A program made the position numbers and the translations under genes. The notes under the pieces were generated by a model. The model was not told the DNA's origin. It saw only the letters and a program-made list of their open reading frames with translations, and ran no database searches. From Utricularia gibba (lineage: Eukaryota > Plantae > Magnoliophyta), in contig NEEC01000185.1 in assembly GCA_002189035.1 (NCBI GenBank), positions 1 through 20,781 on the forward strand: a DNA stretch of 20,781 nucleotides. The letters are read 5' to 3'. Below, one piece after another: positions 1 to 11,500 of the stretch. The stretch's first letter is position 1. Each line of letters opens with the position of its first letter.

Positions 1-3000
1 ATGTGACTTTTTTCCATCTTGATCGCATATCCGATGAAGTTTGACACATATGTTTGGCTGTTGATTGATTCAATTAGTTGCTATGATACTTCTGATTCTT
101 GATGCACATTCCATACACCATGTCTCTAGTGGCTATTTGATTCTTTTGCCGTGTATCCCATTTGCATCAATGTCGAGAACGAGAAGCACATTCTTAGACG
201 CAGCACCAAGAAAGGACACCTAAGACACTTTTCGTTGTGGCTTGTTTTTAATATGTCACAGTTATCGGACAAACGTAACTCCAAATTATAATACTTGGAG
301 CTCGAAAAGGGCTTCCCAACAGTGTGCTATGAAGAGCAAGGATCTGCATGTTATGCAAGAGGTGCTTCGCGGACCAGGATGTGCGACGTAGTCATTTCAT
401 TGCGCATCATCATTCGGGGTGCATCCTAAAAATCACACGTGCACGGGATTCATTAAAAATAAATATTTACGCATATCCAGAGTGTATAACAGTGTTGGGA
501 TAAGTGATGCCACGAAATTCATGATGTAGCATGTGACTTTTTTCCAACTTGATCGCATAGTAGATGAATTCTGACACCATATGTTGATGCATTTAGTTGC
601 TATGATACTTCTGATTCTTGATGCACCATTCCCGTATACATGTCTCTAGTGGCTATTTGATTCTTTTGCCTTGTATGTTGTTCGCATCAATTTCGAGAAC
701 ATGAAGCACATTATTAAATGCAGTCACCACGGAATGCACGTGAGACACTTTCGTTGTGGCCCTTTTTTAATATGTCCACAGTTATCGGACAAACGTAACT
801 CCAAATTATAATACTTGGAGCTCGAAAGGGCTTCCAAACAGTGTGCTATGAAGAGCAAGGATCTGCATGTTATGCAAGAGGTGTTTCGCGACCAGGATGT
901 GCGACGTAGTCATTTCATTGCGCATCACATTCGGGATGCAGCCGAAAAATCACACGTGCACCGGATTTGTTAAAAATAAATATTACGCATATCCTGAGTA
1001 TACAACAGTGTTGGGATAAGTGATGCCACGAAATTCATGATGTAACATGTGACTTTTTTCCATCTTGATCGCATATCCGATGAAGTTTGACACCATATGT
1101 TTTGGCTGTTGATTGATTCAATTAGTTGCTATGATACTTCTGATTCTTGATGCACCATTCCATACACCATGTCTCTAGTGGCTATTTGATTCTTTTGCCG
1201 TGTATCCCATTTGCATCAATGTCGAGAACGAGAAGCACATTCTTAGACGCAGCAAGAAAGGACACTAAGACACTTTTCGTTGTGGCTTGTTTTTAATATG
1301 TCCACAGTTATCGGACAAACGTAACTCCAAATTATAATACTTGGAGCTCGAAAAGGGCTTCCAACAGTGTGCTATGAAGAGCAAGGATCTGCATGTTATG
1401 CAAGAGGTGCTTCGCGGACCAGGATGTGCGACGTAGTCATTTCATTGCGCATCATCATTCGGGGTGCATCCTAAAAATCACACGTGCACGGGATTCATTA
1501 AAAATAAATATTTACGCATATCAGAGTGTATAACAGTGTTGGATAAGTGATGCCACGAAATTCATGATGTAGCATGTGACTTTTTCCAACTTGATCGCAT
1601 AGTAGATGAATTCTGACACATATGTTGATGCATTTAGTTGCTATGATACTTCTGATTCTTGATGCACCATTCCCGTATACCATGTCTCTAGTGGTATTTG
1701 ATTTTTTGCCTTGTATGTTGTTCGCATCAATTTCGAGAACATGAAGCACATTATTAAATGCAGTCACCGGAATGCCACGTGAGACACTTTCGTTGTGGCC
1801 CTTTTTTAATATGTCCACAGTTATCGGACAAACGTAACTCCAAATTATAATACTTGGAGCTCGAAAAGGGCTTCCAACAGTGTGCTATGAAGAGCAAGGA
1901 TCTGCATGTTATGCAAGAGGTGTTTCGCGGACCAGGATGTGCGACGTAGTCATTTCATTGCGCATCAATTCGGGATGCAGCCGAAAAATCACACGTGCAC
2001 GGATTTGTTAAAAATAATATTTACGCATATCCTGAGTATACAACAGTGTTGGATAAGTGATGCACGAAATTCATGATGTAACATGTGACTTTTTCCATTG
2101 ATCGCATATCCGATGAAGTTTGACACCATATGTTTTGGCTGTTGATTGATTCAATTAGTTGCTATGATACTTCTGATTCTTGATGCACCATTCCATACAC
2201 CATGTCTCTAGTGGCTATTTGATTCTTTTGCCGTGTATCCCATTTGCATCAATGTCGAGAACGAGAAGCACATTCTTAGACGCAGCCACCAAGAAAGGAC
2301 ACCTAAGACACTTTTCGTTGTGGCTTGTTTTTAATATGTCCACAGTTATCGGACAAACGTAACTCCAAATTATAATACTTGGAGCTCGAAAAGGGCTTCC
2401 CAACAGTGTGCTATGAAGAGCAAGGATCTGCATGTTATGCAAGAGGTGCTTCGCGGACCAGGATGTGCGACGTAGTCATTTCATTGCGCATCATCATTCG
2501 GGGTGCATCCTAAAAATCACACGTGCACGGGATTCATTAAAAATAAATATTTACGCATATCCAGAGTGTATAACAGTGTTGGGATAAGTGATGCCACGAA
2601 ATTCATGATGTAGCATGTGACTTTTTTCCAACTTGATCGCATAGTAGATGAATTCTGACACCATATGTTGATGCATTTAGTTGCTATGATACTTCTGATT
2701 CTTGATGCACCATTCCCGTATACCATGTCTCTAGTGGCTATTTGATTCTTTTGCCTTGTATGTTGTTCGCATCAATTTCGAGAACATGAAGCACATTATT
2801 AAATGCAGTCACCACGGAATGCCACGTGAGACACCTTTCGTTGTGGCCCTTTTTTAATATGTCCACAGTTATCGGACAAACGTAACTCCAAATTATAATA
2901 CTTGGAGCTCGAAAAGGGCTTCCCAACAGTGTGCTATGAAGAGCAAGGATCTGCATGTTATGCAAGAGGTGTTTCGCGGACCAGGATGTGCGACGTAGTC

Positions 3001-3385
3001 ATTTCATTGCGCATCACCATTCGGGATGCAGCCGAAAAATCACACGTGCACGGATTTGTTAAAAATAAATATTTACGCATATCCTGAGTATACAACAGTG
3101 TTGGGATAAGTGATGCCACGAAATTCATGATGTAACATGTGACTTTTTTCCATCTTGATCGCATATCCGATGAAGTTTGACACCATATGTTTTGGCTGTT
3201 GATTGATTCAATTAGTTGCTATGATACTTCTGATTCTTGATGCACCATTCCCATACACCATGTCTCTAGTGGCTATTTGATTCTTTTGCCGTGTATCCCA
3301 TTTGCATCAATGTCGAGAACGAGAAGCACATTCTTAGACGCAGCCACCAAGAAAGGACACCTAAGACACTTTTCGTTGTGGCTTG

Positions 3386-3551
3386 TTTTTAATATGTCCA
3401 CAGTTATCGGACAAACGTAACTCCAAATTATAATACTTGGAGCTCGAAAAGGGCTTCCCAACAGTGTGCTATGAAGAGCAAGGATCTGCATGTTATGCAA
3501 GAGGTGCTTCGCGGACCAGGATGTGCGACGTAGTCATTTCATTGCGCATCA
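3386..3551. repeat. Conserved core shared by A and B monomers (representative copy, present in every intact monomer)
   Basis: Manual A/B alignment: 3386-3506 (121 bp) identical, one C/T difference at 3507, 3508-3551 (44 bp) identical. Confidence 0.9.
3421..3442. other. Short inverted repeat / potential hairpin CTCCAA-N10-TTGGAG in the conserved core (once per monomer)
   Basis: ctccaa attataatac ttggag: perfect 6-bp arms around an AT-rich 10-nt loop, identical in A and B. Function unknown. Confidence 0.6.
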
Positions 3552-3671
3552 TCATTCGGGGTGCATCCTAAAAATCACACGTGCACGGGATTCATTAAAA
3601 ATAAATATTTACGCATATCCAGAGTGTATAACAGTGTTGGGATAAGTGATGCCACGAAATTCATGATGTAG

Positions 3672-4194
3672 CATGTGACTTTTTTCCAACTTGATCGCAT
3701 AGTAGATGAATTCTGACACCATATGTTGATGCATTTAGTTGCTATGATACTTCTGATTCTTGATGCACCATTCCCGTATACCATGTCTCTAGTGGCTATT
3801 TGATTCTTTTGCCTTGTATGTTGTTCGCATCAATTTCGAGAACATGAAGCACATTATTAAATGCAGTCACCACGGAATGCCACGTGAGACACCTTTCGTT
3901 GTGGCCCTTTTTTAATATGTCCACAGTTATCGGACAAACGTAACTCCAAATTATAATACTTGGAGCTCGAAAAGGGCTTCCCAACAGTGTGCTATGAAGA
4001 GCAAGGATCTGCATGTTATGCAAGAGGTGTTTCGCGGACCAGGATGTGCGACGTAGTCATTTCATTGCGCATCACCATTCGGGATGCAGCCGAAAAATCA
4101 CACGTGCACCGGATTTGTTAAAAATAAATATTTACGCATATCCTGAGTATACAACAGTGTTGGGATAAGTGATGCCACGAAATTCATGATGTAA
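3672..4194. repeat. Monomer type B, consensus copy (523 bp)
   Basis: Diagnostic strings: ccaacttgatcgcatagtag, gaattc (B-only EcoRI site, 3708-3713), tgttgatgcatttag, gccttgtatgttgttcgc, cagtcaccacggaatg, gggatgcagccg, cctgagtatacaac, ending tgtaa. Colinear with A. Confidence 0.95.
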
Positions 4195-5170
4195 CATGTG
4201 ACTTTTTTCCATCTTGATCGCATATCCGATGAAGTTTGACACCATATGTTTTGGCTGTTGATTGATTCAATTAGTTGCTATGATACTTCTGATTCTTGAT
4301 GCACCATTCCCATACACCATGTCTCTAGTGGCTATTTGATTCTTTTGCCGTGTATCCCATTTGCATCAATGTCGAGAACGAGAAGCACATTCTTAGACGC
4401 AGCCACCAAGAAAGGACACCTAAGACACTTTTCGTTGTGGCTTGTTTTTAATATGTCCACAGTTATCGGACAAACGTAACTCCAAATTATAATACTTGGA
4501 GCTCGAAAAGGGCTTCCCAACAGTGTGCTATGAAGAGCAAGGATCTGCATGTTATGCAAGAGGTGCTTCGCGGACCAGGATGTGCGACGTAGTCATTTCA
4601 TTGCGCATCATCATTCGGGGTGCATCCTAAAAATCACACGTGCACGGGATTCATTAAAAATAAATATTTACGCATATCCAGAGTGTATAACAGTGTTGGG
4701 ATAAGTGATGCCACGAAATTCATGATGTAGCATGTGACTTTTTTCCAACTTGATCGCATAGTAGATGAATTCTGACACCATATGTTGATGCATTTAGTTG
4801 CTATGATACTTCTGATTCTTGATGCACCATTCCCGTATACCATGTCTCTAGTGGCTATTTGATTCTTTTGCCTTGTATGTTGTTCGCATCAATTTCGAGA
4901 ACATGAAGCACATTATTAAATGCAGTCACCACGGAATGCCACGTGAGACACCTTTCGTTGTGGCCTTTTTTAATATGTCCACAGTTATCGGACAAACGTA
5001 ACTCCAAATTATAATACTTGGAGCTCGAAAAGGGCTTCCCAACAGTGTGCTATGAAGAGCAAGGATCTGCATGTTATGCAAGAGGTGTTTCGCGGACCAG
5101 GATGTGCGACGTAGTCATTTCATTGCGCATCACCATTCGGGATGCAGCCGAAAAATCACACGTGCACGGA

Positions 5171-5176
5171 TTCATT
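5171..5176. other. A-type micro-patch (ttcatt instead of tttgtt) inside B copy 5
   Basis: Flanking diagnostic sites at 5150 (gcagccg) and 5201 (cctgag) are B-type. The ORF track shows LFLMNP instead of LFLTNP in 5074..5280. Confidence 0.75.
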
Positions 5177-6195
5177 AAAAATAAATATTTACGCATATCC
5201 TGAGTATACAACAGTGTTGGGATAAGTGATGCCACGAAATTCATGATGTAACATGTGACTTTTTTCCATCTTGATCGCATATCCGATGAAGTTTGACACC
5301 ATATGTTTTGGCTGTTGATTGATTCAATTAGTTGCTATGATACTTCTGATTCTTGATGCACCATTCCCATACACCATGTCTCTAGTGGCTATTTGATTCT
5401 TTTGCCGTGTATCCCATTTGCATCAATGTCGAGAACGAGAAGCACATTCTTAGACGCAGCCACCAAGAAAGGACACCTAAGACACTTTTCGTTGTGGCTT
5501 GTTTTTAATATGTCCACAGTTATCGGACAAACGTAACTCCAAATTATAATACTTGGAGCTCGAAAAGGGCTTCCCAACAGTGTGCTATGAAGAGCAAGGA
5601 TCTGCATGTTATGCAAGAGGTGCTTCGCGGACCAGGATGTGCGACGTAGTCATTTCATTGCGCATCATCATTCGGGGTGCATCCTAAAAATCACACGTGC
5701 ACGGGATTCATTAAAAATAAATATTTACGCATATCCAGAGTGTATAACAGTGTTGGGATAAGTGATGCCACGAAATTCATGATGTAGCATGTGACTTTTT
5801 TCCAACTTGATCGCATAGTAGATGAATTCTGACACCATATGTTGATGCATTTAGTTGCTATGATACTTCTGATTCTTGATGCACCATTCCCGTATACCAT
5901 GTCTCTAGTGGCTATTTGATTCTTTTGCCTTGTATGTTGTTCGCATCAATTTCGAGAACATGAAGCACATTATTAAATGCAGTCACCACGGAATGCCACG
6001 TGAGACACCTTTCGTTGTGGCCCTTTTTTAATATGTCACAGTTATCGGACAAACGTAACTCCAAATTATAATACTTGGAGCTCGAAAGGGCTTCCCAACA
6101 GTGTGCTATGAAGAGCAAGGATCTGCATGTTATGCAAGAGGTGTTCGCGGACCAGGATGTGCGACGTAGTCATTTCATTGCGCATCACATTCGGG

Positions 6196-6263
6196 GTGCA
6201 TCCTAAAAATCACACGTGCACGGATTCATTAAAAATAAATATTTACGCATATCCAGAGTGTAT
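6196..6263. other. A-type tract inside B copy 6 (chimeric monomer)
   Basis: B6 has a B-type head and middle (5788-6020), then ggggtgcatcct, ttcatt and ccagagtgtataac (all A alleles), and returns to B-type tgtaa at 6301-6305. Confidence 0.85.
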
Positions 6264-8253
6264 AACAGTGTTGGGATAAGTGATGCCACGAAATTCATGA
6301 TGTAACATGTGACTTTTTTCCATCTTGATCGCATATCCGATGAAGTTTGACACCATATGTTTTGGCTGTTGATTGATTCAATTAGTTGCTATGATACTTC
6401 TGATTCTTGATGCACCATTCCCATACACCATGTCTCTAGTGGCTATTTGATTCTTTTGCCGTGTATCCCATTTGCATCAATGTCGAGAACGAGAAGCACA
6501 TTCTTAGACGCAGCCACCAAGAAAGGACACCTAAGACACTTTTCGTTGTGGCTTGTTTTTAATATGTCCACAGTTATCGGACAAACGTAACTCCAAATTA
6601 TAATACTTGGAGCTCGAAAAGGGCTTCCCAACAGTGTGCTATGAAGAGCAAGGATCTGCATGTTATGCAAGAGGTGCTTCGCGGACCAGGATGTGCGACG
6701 TAGTCATTTCATTGCGCATCATCATTCGGGGTGCATCCTAAAAATCACACGTGCACGGGATTCATTAAAAATAAATATTTACGCATATCCAGAGTGTATA
6801 ACAGTGTTGGGATAAGTGATGCCACGAAATTCATGATGTAGCATGTGACTTTTTTCCAACTTGATCGCATAGTAGATGAATTCTGACACCATATGTTGAT
6901 GCATTTAGTTGCTATGATACTTCTGATTCTTGATGCACCATTCCCGTATACCATGTCTCTAGTGGCTATTTGATTCTTTTGCCTTGTATGTTGTTCGCAT
7001 CAATTTCGAGAACATGAAGCACATTATTAAATGCAGTCACCACGGAATGCCACGTGAGACACCTTTCGTTGTGGCCCTTTTTTAATATGTCCACAGTTAT
7101 CGGACAAACGTAACTCCAAATTATAATACTTGGAGCTCGAAAGGGCTTCCCAACAGTGTGCTATGAAGAGCAAGGATCTGCATGTTATGCAAGAGGTGTT
7201 TCGCGGACCAGGATGTGCGACGTAGTCATTTCATTGCGCATCACCATTCGGGATGCAGCCGAAAAATCACACGTGCACCGGATTTTAAAAATAAATATTT
7301 ACGCATATCCTGAGTATACAACAGTGTTGGGATAAGTGATGCCACGAAATTCATGATGTAACATGTGACTTTTTTCCATCTTGATCGCATATCCGATGAA
7401 GTTTGACACCATATGTTTTGGCTGTTGATTGATTCAATTAGTTGCTATGATACTTCTGATTCTTGATGCACCATTCCCATACACCATGTCTCTAGTGGCT
7501 ATTTGATTCTTTTGCCGTGTATCCCATTTGCATCAATGTCGAGAACGAGAAGCACATTCTTAGACGCAGCCACCAAGAAAGGACACCTAAGACACTTTTC
7601 GTTGTGGCTTGTTTTTAATATGTCCACAGTTATCGGACAAACGTAACTCCAAATTATAATACTTGGAGCTCGAAAAGGGCTTCCCAACAGTGTGCTATGA
7701 AGAGCAAGGATCTGCATGTTATGCAAGAGGTGCTTCGCGGACCAGGATGTGCGACGTAGTCATTTCATTGCGCATCATCATTCGGGTGCATCCTAAAAAT
7801 CACACGTGCACGGGATTCATTAAAAATAAATATTTACGCATATCCAGAGTGTATAACAGTGTTGGGATAAGTGATGCCACGAAATTCATGATGTAGCATG
7901 TGACTTTTTTCCAACTTGATCGCATAGTAGATGAATTCTGACACCATATGTTGATGCATTTAGTTGCTATGATACTTCTGATTCTTGATGCACCATTCCC
8001 GTATACCATGTCTCTAGTGGCTATTTGATTCTTTTGCCTTGTATGTTGTTCGCATCAATTTCGAGAACATGAAGCACATTATTAAATGCAGTCACCACGG
8101 AATGCCACGTGAGACACCTTTCGTTGTGGCCCTTTTTTAATATGTCACAGTTATCGGACAAACGTAACTCCAAATTATAATACTTGGAGCTCGAAAAGGG
8201 CTTCCCAACAGTGTGCTATGAAGAGCAAGGATCTGCATGTTATGCAAGAGGTG

Positions 8254-8567
8254 CACCAGGATGTGCGACGTAGTCATTTCATTGCGCATCGCATGTGCAA
8301 TGCATATCCAGCAGTATAAGTGATGCTTGAAATTGGATGTAGCCACGTGACCCAATACCATGTGTGTGGCTATTTGAATGAGTTCTCATGCATGTTATGT
8401 TGATGTTTTAGTTGCTATGATACTACCATTTCATTGCGCATGCACCGATTGCACCGCATATCCTGACCAGTGTCTTCATGATGTGTGACTATCTTGATTC
8501 CGATGAAGTTTGACAGTTATTGATTGTTGCTACATTCTTGATGCACGTCTCTAGTGGCTATTTGAAT
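8254..8567. other. Scrambled or degenerate segment composed of short monomer-derived fragments (probable sequencing or consensus artefact)
   Basis: Fragments such as gcatatccag, tggctatttga, ttagttgctatgatact, catttcattgcgcat, cgcatatcctga, tccgatgaagtttgaca and ttcttgatgcac are joined with most intervening sequence missing. Normal A sequence resumes at tgcatcaatgtcgag (about 8567). Confidence 0.85.
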
Positions 8568-11500
8568 GCATCAATGTCGAGAACGAGAAGCACATTCTTA
8601 GACGCAGCCACCAAGAAAGGACACCTAAGACACTTTTCGTTGTGGCTTGTTTTTAATATGTCCACAGTTATCGGACAAACGTAACTCCAAATTATAATAC
8701 TTGGAGCTCGAAAAGGGCTTCCCAACAGTGTGCTATGAAGAGCAAGGATCTGCATGTTATGCAAGAGGTGCTTCGCGGACCAGGATGTGCGACGTAGTCA
8801 TTTCATTGCGCATCATCATTCGGGGTGCATCCTAAAAATCACACGTGCACGGGATTCATTAAAAATAAATATTTACGCATATCCAGAGTGTATAACAGTG
8901 TTGGGATAAGTGATGCCACGAAATTCATGATGTAGCATGTGACTTTTTTCCAACTTGATCGCATAGTAGATGAATTCTGACACCATATGTTGATGCATTT
9001 AGTTGCTATGATACTTCTGATTCTTGATGCACCATTCCCGTATACCATGTCTCTAGTGGCTATTTGATTCTTTTGCCTTGTATGTTGTTCGCATCAATTT
9101 CGAGAACATGAAGCACATTATTAAATGCAGTCACCACGGAATGCCACGTGAGACACCTTTCGTTGTGGCCCTTTTTTAATATGTCCACAGTTATCGGACA
9201 AACGTAACTCCAAATTATAATACTTGGAGCTCGAAAAGGGCTTCCCAACAGTGTGCTATGAAGAGCAAGGATCTGCATGTTATGCAAGAGGTGTTTCGCG
9301 GACCAGGATGTGCGACGTAGTCATTTCATTGCGCATCACCATTCGGGATGCAGCCGAAAAATCACACGTGCACCGGATTTGTTAAAAATAAATATTTACG
9401 CATATCCTGAGTATACAACAGTGTTGGGATAAGTGATGCCACGAAATTCATGATGTAACATGTGACTTTTTTCCATCTTGATCGCATATCCGATGAAGTT
9501 TGACACCATATGTTTTGGCTGTTGATTGATTCAATTAGTTGCTATGATACTTCTGATTCTTGATGCACCATTCCCATACACCATGTCTCTAGTGGCTATT
9601 TGATTCTTTTGCCGTGTATCCCATTTGCATCAATGTCGAGAACGAGAAGCACATTCTTAGACGCAGCCACCAAGAAAGGACACCTAAGACACTTTTCGTT
9701 GTGGCTTGTTTTTAATATGTCCACAGTTATCGGACAAACGTAACTCCAAATTATAATACTTGGAGCTCGAAAAGGGCTTCCCAACAGTGTGCTATGAAGA
9801 GCAAGGATCTGCATGTTATGCAAGAGGTGCTTCGCGGACCAGGATGTGCGACGTAGTCATTTCATTGCGCATCATCATTCGGGGTGCATCCTAAAAATCA
9901 CACGTGCACGGGATTCATTAAAAATAAATATTTACGCATATCCAGAGTGTATAACAGTGTTGGGATAAGTGATGCCACGAAATTCATGATGTAGCATGTG
10001 ACTTTTTTCCAACTTGATCGCATAGTAGATGAATTCTGACACCATATGTTGATGCATTTAGTTGCTATGATACTTCTGATTCTTGATGCACCATTCCCGT
10101 ATACCATGTCTCTAGTGGCTATTTGATTCTTTTGCCTTGTATGTTGTTCGCATCAATTTCGAGAACATGAAGCACATTATTAAATGCAGTCACCACGGAA
10201 TGCCACGTGAGACACCTTTCGTTGTGGCCCTTTTTTAATATGTCCACAGTTATCGGACAAACGTAACTCCAAATTATAATACTTGGAGCTCGAAAAGGGC
10301 TTCCCAACAGTGTGCTATGAAGAGCAAGGATCTGCATGTTATGCAAGAGGTGTTCGCGGACCAGGATGTGCGACGTAGTCATTTCATTGCGCATCACCAT
10401 TCGGGATGCAGCCGAAAAATCACACGTGCACCGGATTTGTTAAAAATAAATATTTACGCATATCCTGAGTATACAACAGTGTTGGGATAAGTGATGCCAC
10501 GAAATTCATGATGTAACATGTGACTTTTTTCCATCTTGATCGCATATCCGATGAAGTTTGACACCATATGTTTTGGCTGTTGATTGATTCAATTAGTTGC
10601 TATGATACTTCTGATTCTTGATGCACCATTCCCATACACCATGTCTCTAGTGGCTATTTGATTCTTTTGCCGTGTATCCCATTTGCATCAATGTCGAGAA
10701 CGAGAAGCACATTCTTAGACGCAGCCACCAAGAAAGGACACCTAAGACACTTTTCGTTGTGGCTTGTTTTTAATATGTCCACAGTTATCGGACAAACGTA
10801 ACTCCAAATTATAATACTTGGAGCTCGAAAAGGGCTTCCCAACAGTGTGCTATGAAGAGCAAGGATCTGCATGTTATGCAAGAGGTGCTTCGCGGACCAG
10901 GATGTGCGACGTAGTCATTTCATTGCGCATCATCATTCGGGGTGCATCCTAAAAATCACACGTGCACGGGATTCATTAAAAATAAATATTTACGCATATC
11001 CAGAGTGTATAACAGTGTTGGGATAAGTGATGCCACGAAATTCATGATGTAGCATGTGACTTTTTTCCAACTTGATCGCATAGTAGATGAATTCTGACAC
11101 CATATGTTGATGCATTTAGTTGCTATGATACTTCTGATTCTTGATGCACCATTCCCGTATACCATGTCTCTAGTGGCTATTTGATTCTTTTGCCTTGTAT
11201 GTTGTTCGCATCAATTTCGAGAACATGAAGCACATTATTAAATGCAGTCACCACGGAATGCCACGTGAGACACCTTTCGTTGTGGCCCTTTTTTAATATG
11301 TCCACAGTTATCGGACAAACGTAACTCCAAATTATAATACTTGGAGCTCGAAAAGGGCTTCCCAACAGTGTGCTATGAAGAGCAAGGATCTGCATGTTAT
11401 GCAAGAGGTGTTTCGCGGACCAGGATGTGCGACGTAGTCATTTCATTGCGCATCACCATTCGGGATGCAGCCGAAAAATCACACGTGCACCGGATTTGTT

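Larger units (their letters stand above)
3136..3671. repeat. Monomer type A, consensus copy (536 bp)
   Basis: Diagnostic strings: ccatcttgatcgcatatccg, tgttttggctgttgattgattcaa, gccgtgtatcccatttgc, cagccaccaagaaagg, ggggtgcatcct, ccagagtgtataac, ending tgtag. Full 536-bp length in A4-A7, A10-A12 and A14-A19. Confidence 0.95.

Noticed and set aside
3273-3340. LLVLDID in the minus-strand 75-aa ORF resembling HAD/FCP1 phosphatase motif I
   Set aside because: It lacks the DxDx(T/V) completion (reads DIDAN), sits 8 residues from a stop, and the B copy has LHVLEID without the catalytic Asp.
3578-3612. CACGTG (G-box/E-box) plus AT-rich tract as a promoter
   Set aside because: Short motifs expected by chance, with no downstream gene or transcription evidence.
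3835-3890. KCSHHGMP in a plus frame of B resembling the CPHHG motif of Ty3/gypsy gag
   Set aside because: Only a four-residue match, not conserved in A (RRSHQERT), followed shortly by a stop; no LTR, PBS or PPT evidence.
3136-4194. Kinetoplast minicircle, or an Obelisk/viroid-like 1-kb element
   Set aside because: No CSB-3 (GGGGTTGGTGTA) or other CSB motifs, no long ORF, and no extended self-complementarity that would give a rod-like fold.
3136-4194. Identity with the similarly sized Tribolium brevicornis 1061-bp satellite
   Set aside because: As I recall, that repeat is built from two inverted subunits and is more AT-rich. Here the subunits are direct, so the size similarity is taken as coincidence.
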